Positions 35,915-49,208 of a stretch of DNA of 49,208 nt are shown here, piece by piece. Origin of the DNA: Proteromonas lacertae (Eukaryota); NCBI GenBank assembly GCA_002245135.1, contig NGBS01000919.1:1-49208 (forward strand), given 5' to 3'. The notes beneath the pieces are model-generated. The model saw nothing but the letters and a program-made list of their open reading frames with translations, was not told the origin of the DNA and searched no databases. The position numbers and the translations under genes were made by a program. Within the stretch, counting starts at the first letter, position 1. Each line of letters begins with the position of its first letter.

Positions 35915-36017
35915 ATAAAAATATATATTCTTTTAATGTTGTTTTTATTGTTTTTGCTGTTTCAAAATTACTAGTCGTTTGGACAACGAAACTTTTTTTA
36001 TTTCAATTTAGATTTTA

Positions 36018-38174
36018 ATGGCAATAGAGTTAATATTTTTTTCTTTATATATTCTGGTTGTCTACAGTGGTTGTCCAAATATGTGTAATAGTCATGGAAC
36101 ATGCCAAAATGATGGTACTTGTAAATGTATTTCAAATCAAGGAGTTGGAGTTAATCAAGGTAGATTTGCTTTAGAAGCATATACTGGACCAGATTGTTCA
36201 CAAAGAACTTGTCCTGTTGGTTTGAGTTTTAGCATTACGAATGTTGAAGGTATATTACCAGACAGAGTGAAGGATGAGACTGTATCAATTCAGCAGAGAC
36301 TACTTGAGGAAGGATTGCCTGGTTATCTTGAAACTGACAATTTAATACTTGTAGAAATAAATAATACTATAGCATTTGGTAAATATGGTGGATCAATGAA
36401 ATGTGAAAGAATTACAATAACAAGTTCAGAAGAATTAGAAACAAATGTGAGATTAATGTTTGAAACTGAAGAAGAAAGAACTGTAGATGATGGTGATAGA
36501 ACAGAGGAAGGACCTACAACTAAACCACCATACAACACACTCAATACTACCACAATTTCCAATATTAATGTTTTAGCTCAATCTGGGAAGTATTTACTAG
36601 TTCTATGGGATGAAGAAATGAAGAAATTATATGGTGAGAAATTAATATCTGACTCAACAGTTGACTCTCAAACTTCAGAAGAAGGATTAACAACAACTAA
36701 TACACTACAGTGTATTGTACAATCTCAACGTACCGATTTATCTTTGACAATAATTACATCCTTTGAAGATGATTTATACAACAGTAAAGGTGATATATTG
36801 AATGAATCTGATGAAGATTATAGTAAATACTCACTTTACAACTCAACAATACCATATTATAATCGATTATTATCGTATAATAACTTTTCTAATGATAAAA
36901 TATATAATTTCGCTTGTATTTCCAACTTAGAGACAAGCTTAGTTCAAGTTTATGATTCAATTATCTTAACTAGTTTATACAAAATAGAGAATGGTAAAGA
37001 GAATAGTGAAAGTATAAACGATGAAGTTACATTTTTATTAAATACAACTAATTTACCAGAAGGACCATGCTATTTCCTAGGAGATGGAGAAAATAATATA
37101 AATATAGAAAAGAGTGAAGTTTATAAGAAATATATGCAGAAAATTGGAAATGATATTTATTTTTCACCAAAACCATTTATTAATTCAGTTAATGGATATA
37201 AAGATGATGTGACTGTATATAAAGGAAAAAAAGGATTAGAAACAGTAATAACAGAATTACGTAATGAAAATATCACAATAGGTGACTTAAAAATAAATAA
37301 TATAGATTATGAAAGTGAAGATGAAGATGACGATTTTTTATCAAAGGCAAGTTATATTGATATTGATTCTTTCTTTGGAAAAAACAAAAATGAAGTGATT
37401 GTTCATTTAAAAGTTGGTTCAATTCTTCAATTTATAGTTACTCAAAATAGAGTTACATCAATCAAAGTGTATGTTATAACAAAAATAATATTTATAAATT
37501 ACAATGGAGATATTTGTGATTCAACTGGAAAAGTAATAAAACCACGTAAAAATGATAAAAAGAGAATATTACAATCATTTAATGCTAATAATAATAATAA
37601 TAATAATGGTTTAATAATGGTATTTACAACTCAACCACCTTTTGATGATCTAATCGATGCAAAAGTGATATACACTGTAGAATCCCAAGAAAATTCTCAT
37701 CAATATTTAGAATGTAGTGGTAGTGGTTTATGTAATAGAAATACTGGAAAATGTGAATGTTTTGTTGGATATGAAGGAGATGCTTGTCAAAGAATCAGTT
37801 GTCCATTTAATTGCAATAATCATGGTAGATGTGTCACAGTAAGTGAAGCTATCAATGGATTGGATGAGGATTCAAAAATATTAGGCAAATTTGGATATAA
37901 TGGTGGAGATAATGACAGTGAAAGGAAGTTTTATGCATGTCTATGTGACAGTGGTTATAGAGGTGCTGATTGTTCATTGAGAGAATGTCCTTCCTTTAGT
38001 GATCCAGAAAGAGCAACAAATCAAAGAGATGGTAAAGATGGTATATCTCCATTAGATGGAGTAGAACATAGAGATTGCAGTGGAAGAGGTATTTGTGATT
38101 ATAGTACTGGGAATTGTAAGTGTTTTGATGGATTTGTTGGAACAGGTTGTGAAAGTATTTCTTCTACTTCTTAA
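36018..38174 (+). CDS. Secreted tenascin-type EGF-repeat protein, stramenopile mastigoneme (Sig1/OCM)-like
   Basis: Signal peptide; N-terminal CPNMCNSHGTC..GPDCSQRTCP; C-terminal ECSGSGLCNRNTGKCECF..ACQRISCP..GADCSLRECP..DCSGRGICDYSTGNCKCF. Confidence 0.75.
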   Translation: MAIELIFFSLYILVVYSGCPNMCNSHGTCQNDGTCKCISNQGVGVNQGRFALEAYTGPDCSQRTCPVGLSFSITNVEGILPDRVKDETVSIQQRLLEEGLPGYLETDNLILVEINNTIAFGKYGGSMKCERITITSSEELETNVRLMFETEEERTVDDGDRTEEGPTTKPPYNTLNTTTISNINVLAQSGKYLLVLWDEEMKKLYGEKLISDSTVDSQTSEEGLTTTNTLQCIVQSQRTDLSLTIITSFEDDLYNSKGDILNESDEDYSKYSLYNSTIPYYNRLLSYNNFSNDKIYNFACISNLETSLVQVYDSIILTSLYKIENGKENSESINDEVTFLLNTTNLPEGPCYFLGDGENNINIEKSEVYKKYMQKIGNDIYFSPKPFINSVNGYKDDVTVYKGKKGLETVITELRNENITIGDLKINNIDYESEDEDDDFLSKASYIDIDSFFGKNKNEVIVHLKVGSILQFIVTQNRVTSIKVYVITKIIFINYNGDICDSTGKVIKPRKNDKKRILQSFNANNNNNNNGLIMVFTTQPPFDDLIDAKVIYTVESQENSHQYLECSGSGLCNRNTGKCECFVGYEGDACQRISCPFNCNNHGRCVTVSEAINGLDEDSKILGKFGYNGGDNDSERKFYACLCDSGYRGADCSLRECPSFSDPERATNQRDGKDGISPLDGVEHRDCSGRGICDYSTGNCKCFDGFVGTGCESISSTS

Positions 38175-38403
38175 AGACAATATAATTATTCTATGTAAAC
38201 ATTTTTATATATTATTTATTGTTTTTTGTGATGGATATATTCATATTTCTGAAGATGACTGCTATTCATTCTATTTATTAATTCAGTTCTCTTTGTTATT
38301 GCTGAAGAATCATATGTTTTTAAAAATAGTAGGCTTATATATATTATACCGTATTATTTAAGAAAAACGAAAAAAGTCGTTTTTATAACTAGCATTTTAA
38401 ATC

Positions 38404-40608
38404 ATGGGTTGTTCAGGCAGTAAAAATACTAATGAAAATAAAGTACATCCAGATAGTCCAAATAAGAAAGATGGAGCAGAAAAAGTTGATAATCAAGAAG
38501 ATCAGACATCAACTTCAGAAAATGATGCTAGAGAAAGAGCTAAAGCAGATAGTGCTTCTACAAGCCATTCATCCTCATTTTTCTTCATAGACCCCAATAT
38601 TCCTGATCATCAAGGTCAACTTGTTGAATCAACAGAAGGTGAGAAGGAAATGATACTTCCTGTATATTTTATATATGAATATTATTTTTAAATAGACTGG
38701 TTCATATAAAATAAAATTTGCTTGTTTAAGTCTAACGGGGTATTATCCAGATGTATATATTTAATGTTCTATTTGTGTAGTATCCTGGTAAAAACAATCA
38801 AGACAGTTTTGTTTGTGATCCACAGTTTGATTTTGTAGATGAAGAGGATGGATCAAAGAGTTCAGTATTTTTTGCAGTATTTGATGGTCATGGTGCTGAT
38901 GGAGATTTATGTTCAAAGTTTGCTTCTCAGATTTTACCAAAAAAGATTAAATCCAATAAAAAATACAAAAGTGATTTCTTAAGTGCATATAAAGAATCTT
39001 TTCTTCAAACTAATCATTTATTACACAAACAAAAACTAAATAATAAAAATTCAATAGATGATTCAATAAGTGGTACAACTGGTATATGTGCTTTATTCCG
39101 AGGATGTGATATATATATAGCTAATGTAGGTGATAGTAGATGTGTAGGAGCTTGTAAGGATCAAGCCACAGGTAAGATTAAAGCAGTAACACTATCAGTA
39201 GATCAAACTCCATATAGAGATGATGAGATAAAACGAGTAAAAGCATGTGGAGCAGAAGTATTGAGTGTAGATCAAAAAGAAGGAATTAAAGATCCAACGA
39301 TTGAGCATTGGGGTGTAGAAGAAGATCATGATGGTGATCCACCAAGATTATGGGTTAAAGGTGAAGGATATCCAGGTTGTGCATTTACTCGAAGTATAGG
39401 AGATTGCTATAGCTGAATCTATTGGTGTAGTAAGTGAACCAGAAATAGTAAAAAGAACACTGACAGCTGATGATGCTTATATAATAATCTGTAGTGATGG
39501 AGTATTTGAATTTTTAACCAGTCAACAAGTAGTAGATATAGCAAGTGCTTATCCAGAACCAGTTCAAGCTTGTCATGCATTATTAATGGAAAGTTATAAT
39601 TTATGGTTACATTTTGATGTAAGAAGTGATGATATAACAGCAATAGTAATTCAATTAAGTCAAATTCCTGATATTAATAAAGATAACAGTAAAATAATTA
39701 GTCCAAATACTCCAATAAATAATGTAGTAAAACAAAAGATAAGACCAGTTCGTAATAAGATGAATCAAAAAGCTGAAAAGATGATGGGAAAAATGAGTGA
39801 ATTATCTGAAGAAGAATTACATTTTGTATTACCTGATCAATTCAATGGAAGTGAAGAAGAAAAGATGAATCTATTCAAATGTTTAAAGAATCATTTCTTA
39901 TTCCGTCAATTAGATGAAAAAACATTACATGATGTTACAAATGCATTATTAAAGATTGAAGTAGAGAAAGATGATACAATAATAAACCAAGGTGAAGTAG
40001 GTGATAATTTCTTTATTGTTTATGAAGGCTATTTTGATGTATATATAGTTAGAGAAGGTGATGTGATGGAGAAAGTCCACACTTATCAAGCTATGCTTGG
40101 TATATATCCATCCTTTGGTGAATTGGCATTATTATATGATAAACCTAGATGTGCAACAGTAACAGCTCAAAGTGATGGTGTTTTATTTGCATTAGATAGA
40201 CAATCTTTTCGTTCAACTGTATTAAGAAATAATGGTTTAGAATCCTTAAAGAATTTACCATTTTTAAATGGTTTATCAATAGAACAATTAAAAGATATAT
40301 TAAATAAAAGTAAAGAACAATCATTTTTAAAAGATGAAGTGATATATGATTGTTCAATCGAAAGTGATTATTTCTTTGTATTGATTAGTGGTAGTGTAAG
40401 ATATAAAGATGTAAATGATGTAGATGTAATTTTAACTCCTTATGCTATATTTGGTAAACAAACTAGTAATAATAAAGTAAATCAAACATTTATAGCCAAT
40501 TCTGAAATAAAATGTTTACAGATTAATAATGATCAATATAATTTTGTAGAACAATGTATAAATAATATGAGTTTAGATGCATCTGACAATGAAGATTCTG
40601 TTAATTAA
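38404..40608 (+). CDS. PP2C phosphatase fused to two cyclic-nucleotide-binding domains, N-acylation motif MGCSGS
   Basis: NQDSF, VFDGHG, SGTTG, ANVGDSR, FTRSIGD, ICSDGVFE, SDDIT; cNMP QGEVGDNFF..FGELALLYDKPRCATV. Two introns and a +1 frameshift at ~39404. Confidence 0.88.
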
Positions 40609-40846
40609 GTTATTTTATTTATCACTCTTTTTTTATTATTTAATTATGAATTTTTTATTGAATTGAAAAGCTATCAAAAATATAAAAAAATATGATACTA
40701 ATTATTCAGATTTGTTTATATAATTGAAGATTGATTTTTGCTGTATTGGTTTGACATTTACATGATGAAATAAAACAAAAAATGTCCAAAAATATTTGAG
40801 GTAATCAAGCTTTTATTTTTTTACTAAGAAGTGTTTGTTTTTATAT

Positions 40847-41327
40847 ATGGATTATCACGAAGATAATAGAAGCAGGGAATATAAAATGCTCAAAAATAAC
40901 AGAGACAAGGCAACTTTATTAGAATCTAAATCACATTTTTATAGTAAAGTTGTTTTGGTATTTTTGTTAATAGAAATAGTATATTAAATTATTATGTTTA
41001 TAGTATATTGCTACTTTTACATTAGTTGGGCTAATAGAGAGTTTGGTTATGATTTTCATATTTTGCTCTTCATTATATCATATAGTATGTCTTACTATAT
41101 CTAAAACACTAAAGAAAGCATGTTGTGCAGTTGTATGATATTTTTATTTATAAATGTAGGTTTATTGTTCATTTATGAGATGTGCAGCCTATTCAATCAG
41201 ATTTATTGGTTTATTTTGGCCTGAATTATATGGATTAAAGGAGTCAAAAGTTGAAATTCGTGTTATACAAATGATTTATTTAATTTGTTGTTCTTTAGCT
41301 GTATATATTATATTTTTTGTAAATTAA
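40847..41327 (+). CDS. Small multi-exon hydrophobic (membrane) hypothetical protein
   Basis: Three GT..AG introns give MDYHEDNRSREYKML...|YIATFTLVGLIESLVMIFIFCSSLYHI|KACCAV|VYCSFMRC...; 3' end uncertain. Confidence 0.55.
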
Positions 41328-41564
41328 TATGTAAATACTGTAGTTGATTAGTGCATATTTTGGTTTTCATTATTACAGATTAGTTAATATTGAATTGAAA
41401 CATAAAATCATGTTAGATAATATAAATCTTGGTAGTAAAAAGATTAATGAATTGATAATTCGTTTTTATAGGTAATTTATAATTTTATTTATACAGTTTT
41501 TGTTTCTTTAATAAATCAAATCCCAAATAGACTAGAATTTAAATATATTAGGTATTATATATAT

Positions 41565-43797
41565 TTAATAAGTTAGTAATGTCAAATCATGTGGATTTCT
41601 ATACCAATTCTCTTCTCCTGGATCACATAATAAAACACTCTCAACATTATGAATCATTTTATAGTTTATATTATAAATATCATTCTCTGGATCTAATCTT
41701 TTAGCTTGTTCAAAATCTGTTGCACTCTTTAAATACTCTTTTAGAGATTTATAAGCAAATGCTCTTCTGAAATAAACAGATGGAAGATCTGGACATATTT
41801 TCAATAACAATGTAAAATCTTCAATTGCTCCTTCAAAATCTTCAATTAATTGTTTTGCTTTAGCTCTTTCATTGTAATATTTTAAATAGAATGGAGCTTT
41901 TCTGTTAATATCATATTGACTTGTATCTGTTAAAGCTTCTATTGCAGATGTTAAACTAATTATTCCATCATTATAATTCATATTGTTAATATGACATAAT
42001 CCTATATAATAATATATCAAATGTTCATAATAATCATTTGTTATCAGTCTTAAACTTTGTGTAAAACAGTCTAATGCTTCTGTAAAAGATCCTTGAAAAT
42101 ATAAAACTATTCCTTTTCTAAAATTCAATTCAGCTAAATCACTATCATTTGGTTTACTCTTCGTTATTGCTGTGTCTAAATCTTCTTTAGATTTTTCGTA
42201 TATTTCCATACTATATATAATATAATATATTAGATTATTATTATATACTTTAAATAGCAGGTACTTCTGTTTATTAAATACTCTATTCGAGTTGGCTCCA
42301 TTTCTATTGCTTGAGTAATATTATTTAAACCTTCACTGAAATTCTGTAATGCAACATATACTTTTCCTCTATTATTAAAGTATTCAGATGTTTCAAATCC
42401 TAATTCATGAGCTTGATCATAATCAGATAGACTCTCATTATATTCATCTAAACAGTATTTAGATAAACCTCTGTAATAATATAATTTACCATTATCACTA
42501 TTTAATTTTATACATTCTGTAAAATCATCAATTGCTTGTTGATGACAATGTTCATGTTGATAATATAAACCTCTTGTTAAATAATATTCAATATCATTTG
42601 GTTCTAATTCAATTATATGACTTAATGTATTAATAGCATCAGTGTAGTTATTTAAATCTTTATACAATTCAGCTAATACATATAAATTATCTAAATTATT
42701 TGGTTTTAATCTTACAGCTAATTGAATTGAATGTAATGCTTCATCATAATTCTTTAGACTTTTATAACACAAACTTTGATAGAAATAATATTCATAATTA
42801 GTATTCATCTGATATTCAATTGCAGAAGCAATCTCTTTTAAACATCCTCTATAATCTTTTTTATGATAAAATAATAATGCATGACTGAATATAAACTCAC
42901 TTTCTCTTGGATTACTGTCTAAAGCAGCTTGAATATCTTTATCAGCTTTATCTAAATTATTCTTCTTTAAATAAGCTCTACCTCGTTTGTTTTGTATTAT
43001 ATATAGATCTTTACTATCACATTCGAATGCTTCACTGTAACATTGTATTGACTGATCGTATTGTTTGGTTGTTTCATATATATCACCTAATTCTGTTAAT
43101 GTTGAAACATCTCTTGGTTTTATTTCTAATGCTTTCTATTAATATATAGATATATATATATATATAATTATACTTTTAAATCTTCTATTGCACCAAAATA
43201 TTCATCCAAGTTTTTATAACAATTTGAACGATGAACATAACTTTCAAATAAATCAACATTCTAATTACATAATAAAATAAATAGTTTTTACTTCTTCAAT
43301 GGATCTAGTAAAATCAGCAATACCTAATTTATATTCTGTACATTTTTCATATATACAACCTCTTTCAAAATATAATTTCGTCTTTTCTGGACTTAGTTTC
43401 AACGCATAAGTATAATCATCTATTGAACGATCTAATTTACCTAAATCATCTAGAATTTTGGCTCTACGAATATAACCAACACTAAAATGAGGACATAATC
43501 TTATAACTGAAGAATAATCATCATAACTTCTTTGCAACTCATTTTCACGGTAGAAACACTCTCCTCGCAGTAAATACAAAAGAGGGGAATCATTTTTCAT
43601 TTGCAATGCCTTTTCGATCGTATTTATAGCTTCAACTGATTTAAATCCAACATCACATTTTAACATTTCTTTCACCTACATATAAAAAAATAACTGATTG
43701 AAAATACTCTTTCTACCATCCTTTTTATTCTTGGATGTGTAACTGCTATAGTTTCTTCTTCTTCTCTAGTTAATTCATATACAGGACTATCGTTCAT
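41565..43797 (-). CDS. Multi-exon tetratricopeptide-repeat protein
   Basis: Consecutive TPRs (YLLRGECF, YYYRGLSKY, AIEDFT, YFRRAFAYKSL) in ORFs joined by short introns; likely ATG at 43797. Confidence 0.88.
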
Positions 43798-43907
43798 ACT
43801 CTCTAATTTTCGTTTTTTAATTAAAAAACGGTTAGATTTTTTATTCCCCAAGTTATTTTCATAAACCAAACTAAAAACGGATAATAATTTATAAAACGAA
43901 AAATAAC

Positions 43908-46070
43908 ATGTTGAGTAGAAGTGGTCTAAGTACGAGTAGCTTTAAATGAAGATTGTTTATTCAACTGATGGAAAGATATCAATCGAAAGTGAAAGTACCA
44001 GTGGTTGAATAAACATATTAAGTGTCGAACAACGAGTGATGAAATCCAAATATCTATAGGAGAGAATAGATGGATAATGTAGTAATACAGTAGATGGAAG
44101 TAAGACTTGTGGAAGTATTTTCATAATGAATGAATGTGGTGGCGATGTAGTGTGGTAGTACATCTATACTAAGTGGAGATGCTTATAAACAAAGTAGTTC
44201 AATCTCGTTAGACACAATTGGTAGATCTTTAACAATCGAAAATGGTTAATCTACAAATACAGTTGGATGAATCGATGTTCATATAAATGGCAGTGAAACA
44301 GGTGGAGAAATATTTTTATCCTAAATGGAAGTGGTAATATGAGAATAACAAGTGGTAGTATAATAACTGTAAATGGTAAATCTGATACAGTTAATTTAAT
44401 CTTATTAGGTGGCAGTGATCATGAATTATAAGAATAAGAATAAGTACATGTAATGCAAGTCCAAGTGAAAATATATAAATTTCCTCAGATAAAAATATGT
44501 CAATCCAATCAAGTGATGCTGAATCAAGTAGTGGATCAATATCAATCAATATTACAGTTGAAGCAGGTAATTCTAATAATGCAAAAGGTAAAAGAGGTAA
44601 TTTAATATTAGAAGTTGGTTCAGTAATTTAAAGCTTAATCTGGTGTAAATGGAGGAAATATTAATGTAAAATCAAGAAGTGGTAATAATAGAATCAGTGA
44701 TAATATTGATATTAAGACTGATTCGAGTGAAAAAGAATATTCTGATGATGTATCAGTAACAAGAGGTAATTTTGAAATTGCCTCTTGAGAATTAAATGTT
44801 AATTATAGCACTGGTTCAGATAGAGTAATAGTGGAATGATCAAAGTAGAAACATGAGATGGTTAAGATGGTTCTGACTCAATTCAGTTCAAAATAGGAGA
44901 ATCTCAAGGTTTAGAAAGTGGTGATATGACTATCGGAAGTGAAAATAATATTGAAAATTGTAATATTGATATAAAATCTGATGAAAGTGAAAAAAGAAAT
45001 AGCTGTTCAACTAAATTGGATCTATTATTGTTAAAGAAAGTGATGCAAATAATGAAACTGGAACTATTTACTTCAATGCTGATTGAAGTGAAAATCATAA
45101 AGATTAAGAGTGGTAGTTCTGAAAAATATAATGGATGAGTATTATGAATAAAAGCTGAAAGTGATTCAATTTAATATCTTTATAAATAATACTTCATCAT
45201 CTGATGAATCTGGTTAAATCAATATAACTGTAATCGATAGTAAGATTAGATCAGGAAATATCAATATCAAGAATAGAAGTGGTAATAGTGGTGATATTTA
45301 ATGCTTATAGTGGTATTATCTCTGTCGAAAGCAAACCTAATACAATTGCATCTGGTAATGTATAATTTACAACAAGTGATTCAATGAATGGTGGTAATAT
45401 TAATATAAAAAGAAGTTCAACAAATATACCAGAATTAGGAAATACCAATTTAGAAACAGGAAATGGAGGTACAGAAGAGGGTAGCATCAGAATTAAAGCT
45501 GAAAATATTGATGATTTAGTAAATAGAAAGACTGTAGGTATATTGAAAGTGGTAGTGGATTAGCAGAATGTGGTTCAGTTAATATAAGCACTAGAAATGT
45601 GTGAAATATTAATGAAAACAGAAAATTGAGGTAATTGGACAAGTGTTTCAATCTTGATTGCTAGTGGTAAGAGTAGTAATTCAAGTGGTAATATAAAATT
45701 TGAAATAGGTGAAAGTATTGGTGAAGGTGGTAAAATTTCAATTGAAAGTGGAAGTGGTTTAAGATGATCAGGTACAATCTCATTGAAAGGTTCTGAAATT
45801 TCAGTATTAAGTAAATCCAGTGAGAATAAAAGTGGTGATATATTGATGGAAAGTGAATCAAGTTCAGTCAAGATAGTTGGAGGAAATAAAGAAAAGAGAG
45901 TGGTGATTCAATTGAATTTAAGAGTGGAGATAGTGAAGAAGGAATGGTAGGTGAAATAAAAATGAAAGCTGATTCGAGTATAAAATAAGATGGTGGTTGA
46001 ATCTTGTTGAAGAGTGGTTCAAGTAATAAAGATTCCAGTGGTAAGATAGAAATCAAGACAGGAAACAGTA
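43908..46070 (+). pseudogene. Degenerate Gly/Ser/Ile-rich repetitive (beta-solenoid-like) protein gene
   Basis: Purine-rich coding-like composition with recurring GGNINVKS / GNIKFEIG / GKISIESG units, interrupted by many stops and frameshifts. Confidence 0.7.
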
Positions 46071-46571
46071 CGAAACAAAATTGATATCTAATTCGAGTAA
46101 ATTAGATGGCATATATATCATTCTATAAAAAACCGAATTAACAGAAGTTGATGAGTTTTTACTGTTCTTGTATATGTTCTTGTAATTTGATGAGTTTTCA
46201 GCCTGACCTCCATACACAGACCGATTTATACAACCCTGATTAATCATAATTGATTTACATTTTTGTGTTTTGTTTTTTGTTTAATCATTAAGATAAGTAT
46301 TATAATATTCATCTAACTTTTGATCTTCATATTTTAGATATTTTATGTTAGATTTATGAATAACTGACAATAATTATCAAGCTCATATGTATTTTAGTTT
46401 TTTCTTCTTGTTGTGGGTTTATTATGTCCATTAATCTCATTTTTCTTATGACGAATTACTTATGTATGTTATTTCTACTAATTTTACAGAAGATTCTATC
46501 TATAACCCCCACAAATATCTTACTCATGAAAATCTAATTTCGTATTAAGGTTATAACTATATTTTAAGAAC

Positions 46572-49208
46572 ATGTTGTTAATAAACTTCATTCAGAATAA
46601 TTGCATTACAAATAAAATGAATGTTCAATTCAAAATAGCCTATATCAAAACTAAAGAAGATGAAAAATATGTTCAAAATATTACCAAAAGCATAAATGAT
46701 TCAAATTACTATTTTTATTATTATCACCTGAAAATGGCGCAGTTAATTTACATGTTGTAAATAGCTATAATCCAATATATAATGAATTAGCAAATTACTT
46801 AAAGGTCTATGTATCTTCAAATTAAATGATACACATTATAATAATAAAACACTGAATGTTTTGGAAGTATAATCTAATTATCATAATAACTAGACTACAA
46901 TAGATAAGATAATGTATATGGAAGTTGGATGGAATTTAATTATAATTTTTTGTTTTTGTTATATATTCTCACTAGTATATTATAGACATTTCGAAAATAT
47001 AGACAGTAAAAAATGGGAATTATTTTTGAAAAGATTAAACAGAGAAAATCTCCAGGAAATAGAATAGCAAACTCAGAGATGAATTATTGTAAACAGTTGA
47101 ATCAACTTAGATGCTCTAGATAGTGATTCTATTGCTTATGAACTTAACAATAAAATCAAATCACTAACATCATATTATACTCTGATGAAAAGAAGTATTT
47201 TGTATTATTATTATTATGTGATTAGTATAAATCTTTGAAATGATAAAATCCAATATTCGATCAGATAAAATAAAGATTTATGTCAAGTAGAATGTTCAAA
47301 TGAATATCAAAGAATCGAAGAAGAATATTACAATTCACAAGCAACAGCCAATATAAATGAATTAACTAGAAGATAAATCATATTCAAGTCTTATTAGAAG
47401 TCTAGATAAGCAATGGTATATATAAATATTCTATATATTATAGTGCAAAATATGATAAATTAATATCTGAATTCCTGAAGAACAAGTTAAGAATGAATTA
47501 TCATTATTCTTTGATGATAGATTCAAATTATTCTCATTGCTAATGAATATGAACAGATAAAGAATTATTAGAAAATTAGAGAAGATTACACTAATTATCA
47601 AGTAAATATCAATCAAAGAAAGAACCAATTATTATTCAATTTTAATGAAAAGAAGTATATTTAAAAATATTAATCTATTATATTTTAGAAAGAAAATAAA
47701 CAATTTTAGTCATCATAGTAAAGGAGAACAGTTAAAAGATCAATTACAGAATATAATTCAAATTGAAAAATGGTTTAAAGAACATCATGATTGCGATAAT
47801 CTCAATTACTTAGAAGGATGTGAAAAATACAATTTATATTGTCTATTCTATGATAAAATAGTTATTCAAGATTATTTGTATATTTTTATTGGTATATTGC
47901 TATGAAATAGATCAGCAATAGAAGAACAATAGATGAATTAGATGAAAAGATAAAACTGGAAGAAGAATTTGAGATGTTAGAGAAAAGCAAATCAGAATTG
48001 TTAAATGAAATGTTCAAGGATTTAAATTCCAATCAGCTGAAACAAATAAAAGAAGAATCAAGATTATGCTACTATCAAACACAGCATTATCAAAATACTA
48101 TCAATTAAGAGAATTTTCAGAAGAGGAAAGTAGAAAGTATAAAGATGAAATTAATAGTGATGATATAAATACTCTTCAAACACTAATTAAAAAGATTCAG
48201 GAAGATATTAATAATTTGAATAAAACGAGAAAATCATGTGTAGAAGATGAGATAACTACAACAGGATCATCATCAAAAGAAGAAGAAGAAATGCTTAAGC
48301 AACATATTGCAGATAAATTGTATTTTAATAATTTTATTGTTAATAGAGATGATATTTTTAAACTAACTGTTGATAGTCCTGACTTATTAGATATTTTAAA
48401 AAGAATCTCAAAAGATTTAGAAAATAAAGAATTATCAACATTAGAACTGAACGAAATATATGAAAAATGTGATAAAATATATAATACTCTATTGGAAAAA
48501 GTATATTTAGTTTATTATAATTACATTGTATAGATTGATAATAAAAGAAATGAAAGGACATTAACGCAAGATAATACAACATCAACTACAACTGAAGGAA
48601 CAACAACAACAACTACTACTACTACTTCATCTAATACAACTACTGGAATAACAAAAGATTATGATGATGATTCTTTTCCTTCATTTACTTTTTCTCTTAA
48701 CAATGAGGAAATAAAACTTCCACATATTAAATCATGTAAACAAGAATTGTACCAGATGTAAAAGAAATTGAATCAGGATTTTCATCTCATTCATATTCTA
48801 CTTTGGCAGATAATACAAGTAAAATTGAATTGGATGATGGAAATGAATTGTGTTATACTCATTTCGAAATGAAGAAAGAGAGTTAATGCAACAAAAGAAT
48901 GACTTATATAACATTTGCATCAAGACAATAGACATTAGTAAATATAGAGATTATTACCTTCATAATACAATGTAATAAGAAAATTAGAAGTATTTTATAA
49001 ATAATATATTGATAGAAACTCATAGAAGCTATTCCAGATGTGAATAATACAAAGTTAATATTATATAAACAACAAATACAACAGTTACTTAAAGAATATA
49101 ATGAATTAGAATTTCATCTTGAAGATTTGTTTGAAGAATATGATAATGAGAAGAAAAAAGAAATAAAAGAATGTAAAGATCATCTGTATATTTATAAAAA
49201 TAGTTAAT
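46572..49208 (+). CDS. Multi-exon Glu/Lys-rich coiled-coil gene, 3' partial, possibly degenerate
   Basis: Coding-like segments (46572, 47645, 48066) separated by GTAT..TAG introns; some apparent in-frame stops. No family recognised. Confidence 0.45.

Overview
Very AT-rich, gene-dense eukaryotic DNA with many tiny (~23-46 nt) GT..AG introns. This style and the gene content suggest a Blastocystis/Proteromonas-like gut stramenopile (inference). Bases 1-~8030 are the right part of an integrated Polinton-like DNA virus. It has intronless genes for a minor capsid, a double-jelly-roll major capsid and an A32-like packaging ATPase, three unknown ORFs, and a structured, repeat-rich terminal region that abuts a 5'-truncated glutathione S-transferase gene. 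The rest is host chromosome: pseudokinase-LRR, PH-PH-AGC kinase, dynein LC8, SAP18, a membrane-anchored N-acetylneuraminate lyase, two tandem double-ATPase-domain Hsp70-like genes, SIZ1-like SUMO ligase, Cdc14, a CaaX protein, Dcp1, a ubiquitin-like protein, MUS81, a small PIP-box gene, a KDPG-aldolase-like gene, a p101-like gene, an EGF/mastigoneme-like gene, PP2C-cNMP, a TPR gene, a Gly/Ser-repeat pseudogene and a partial coiled-coil gene. A structured intergenic segment (~14375-14610, minus strand) carries a UAACCCUAAC telomeric template preceded by a hairpin and is a candidate telomerase RNA. All calls are from reading motifs by eye; no searches were run.
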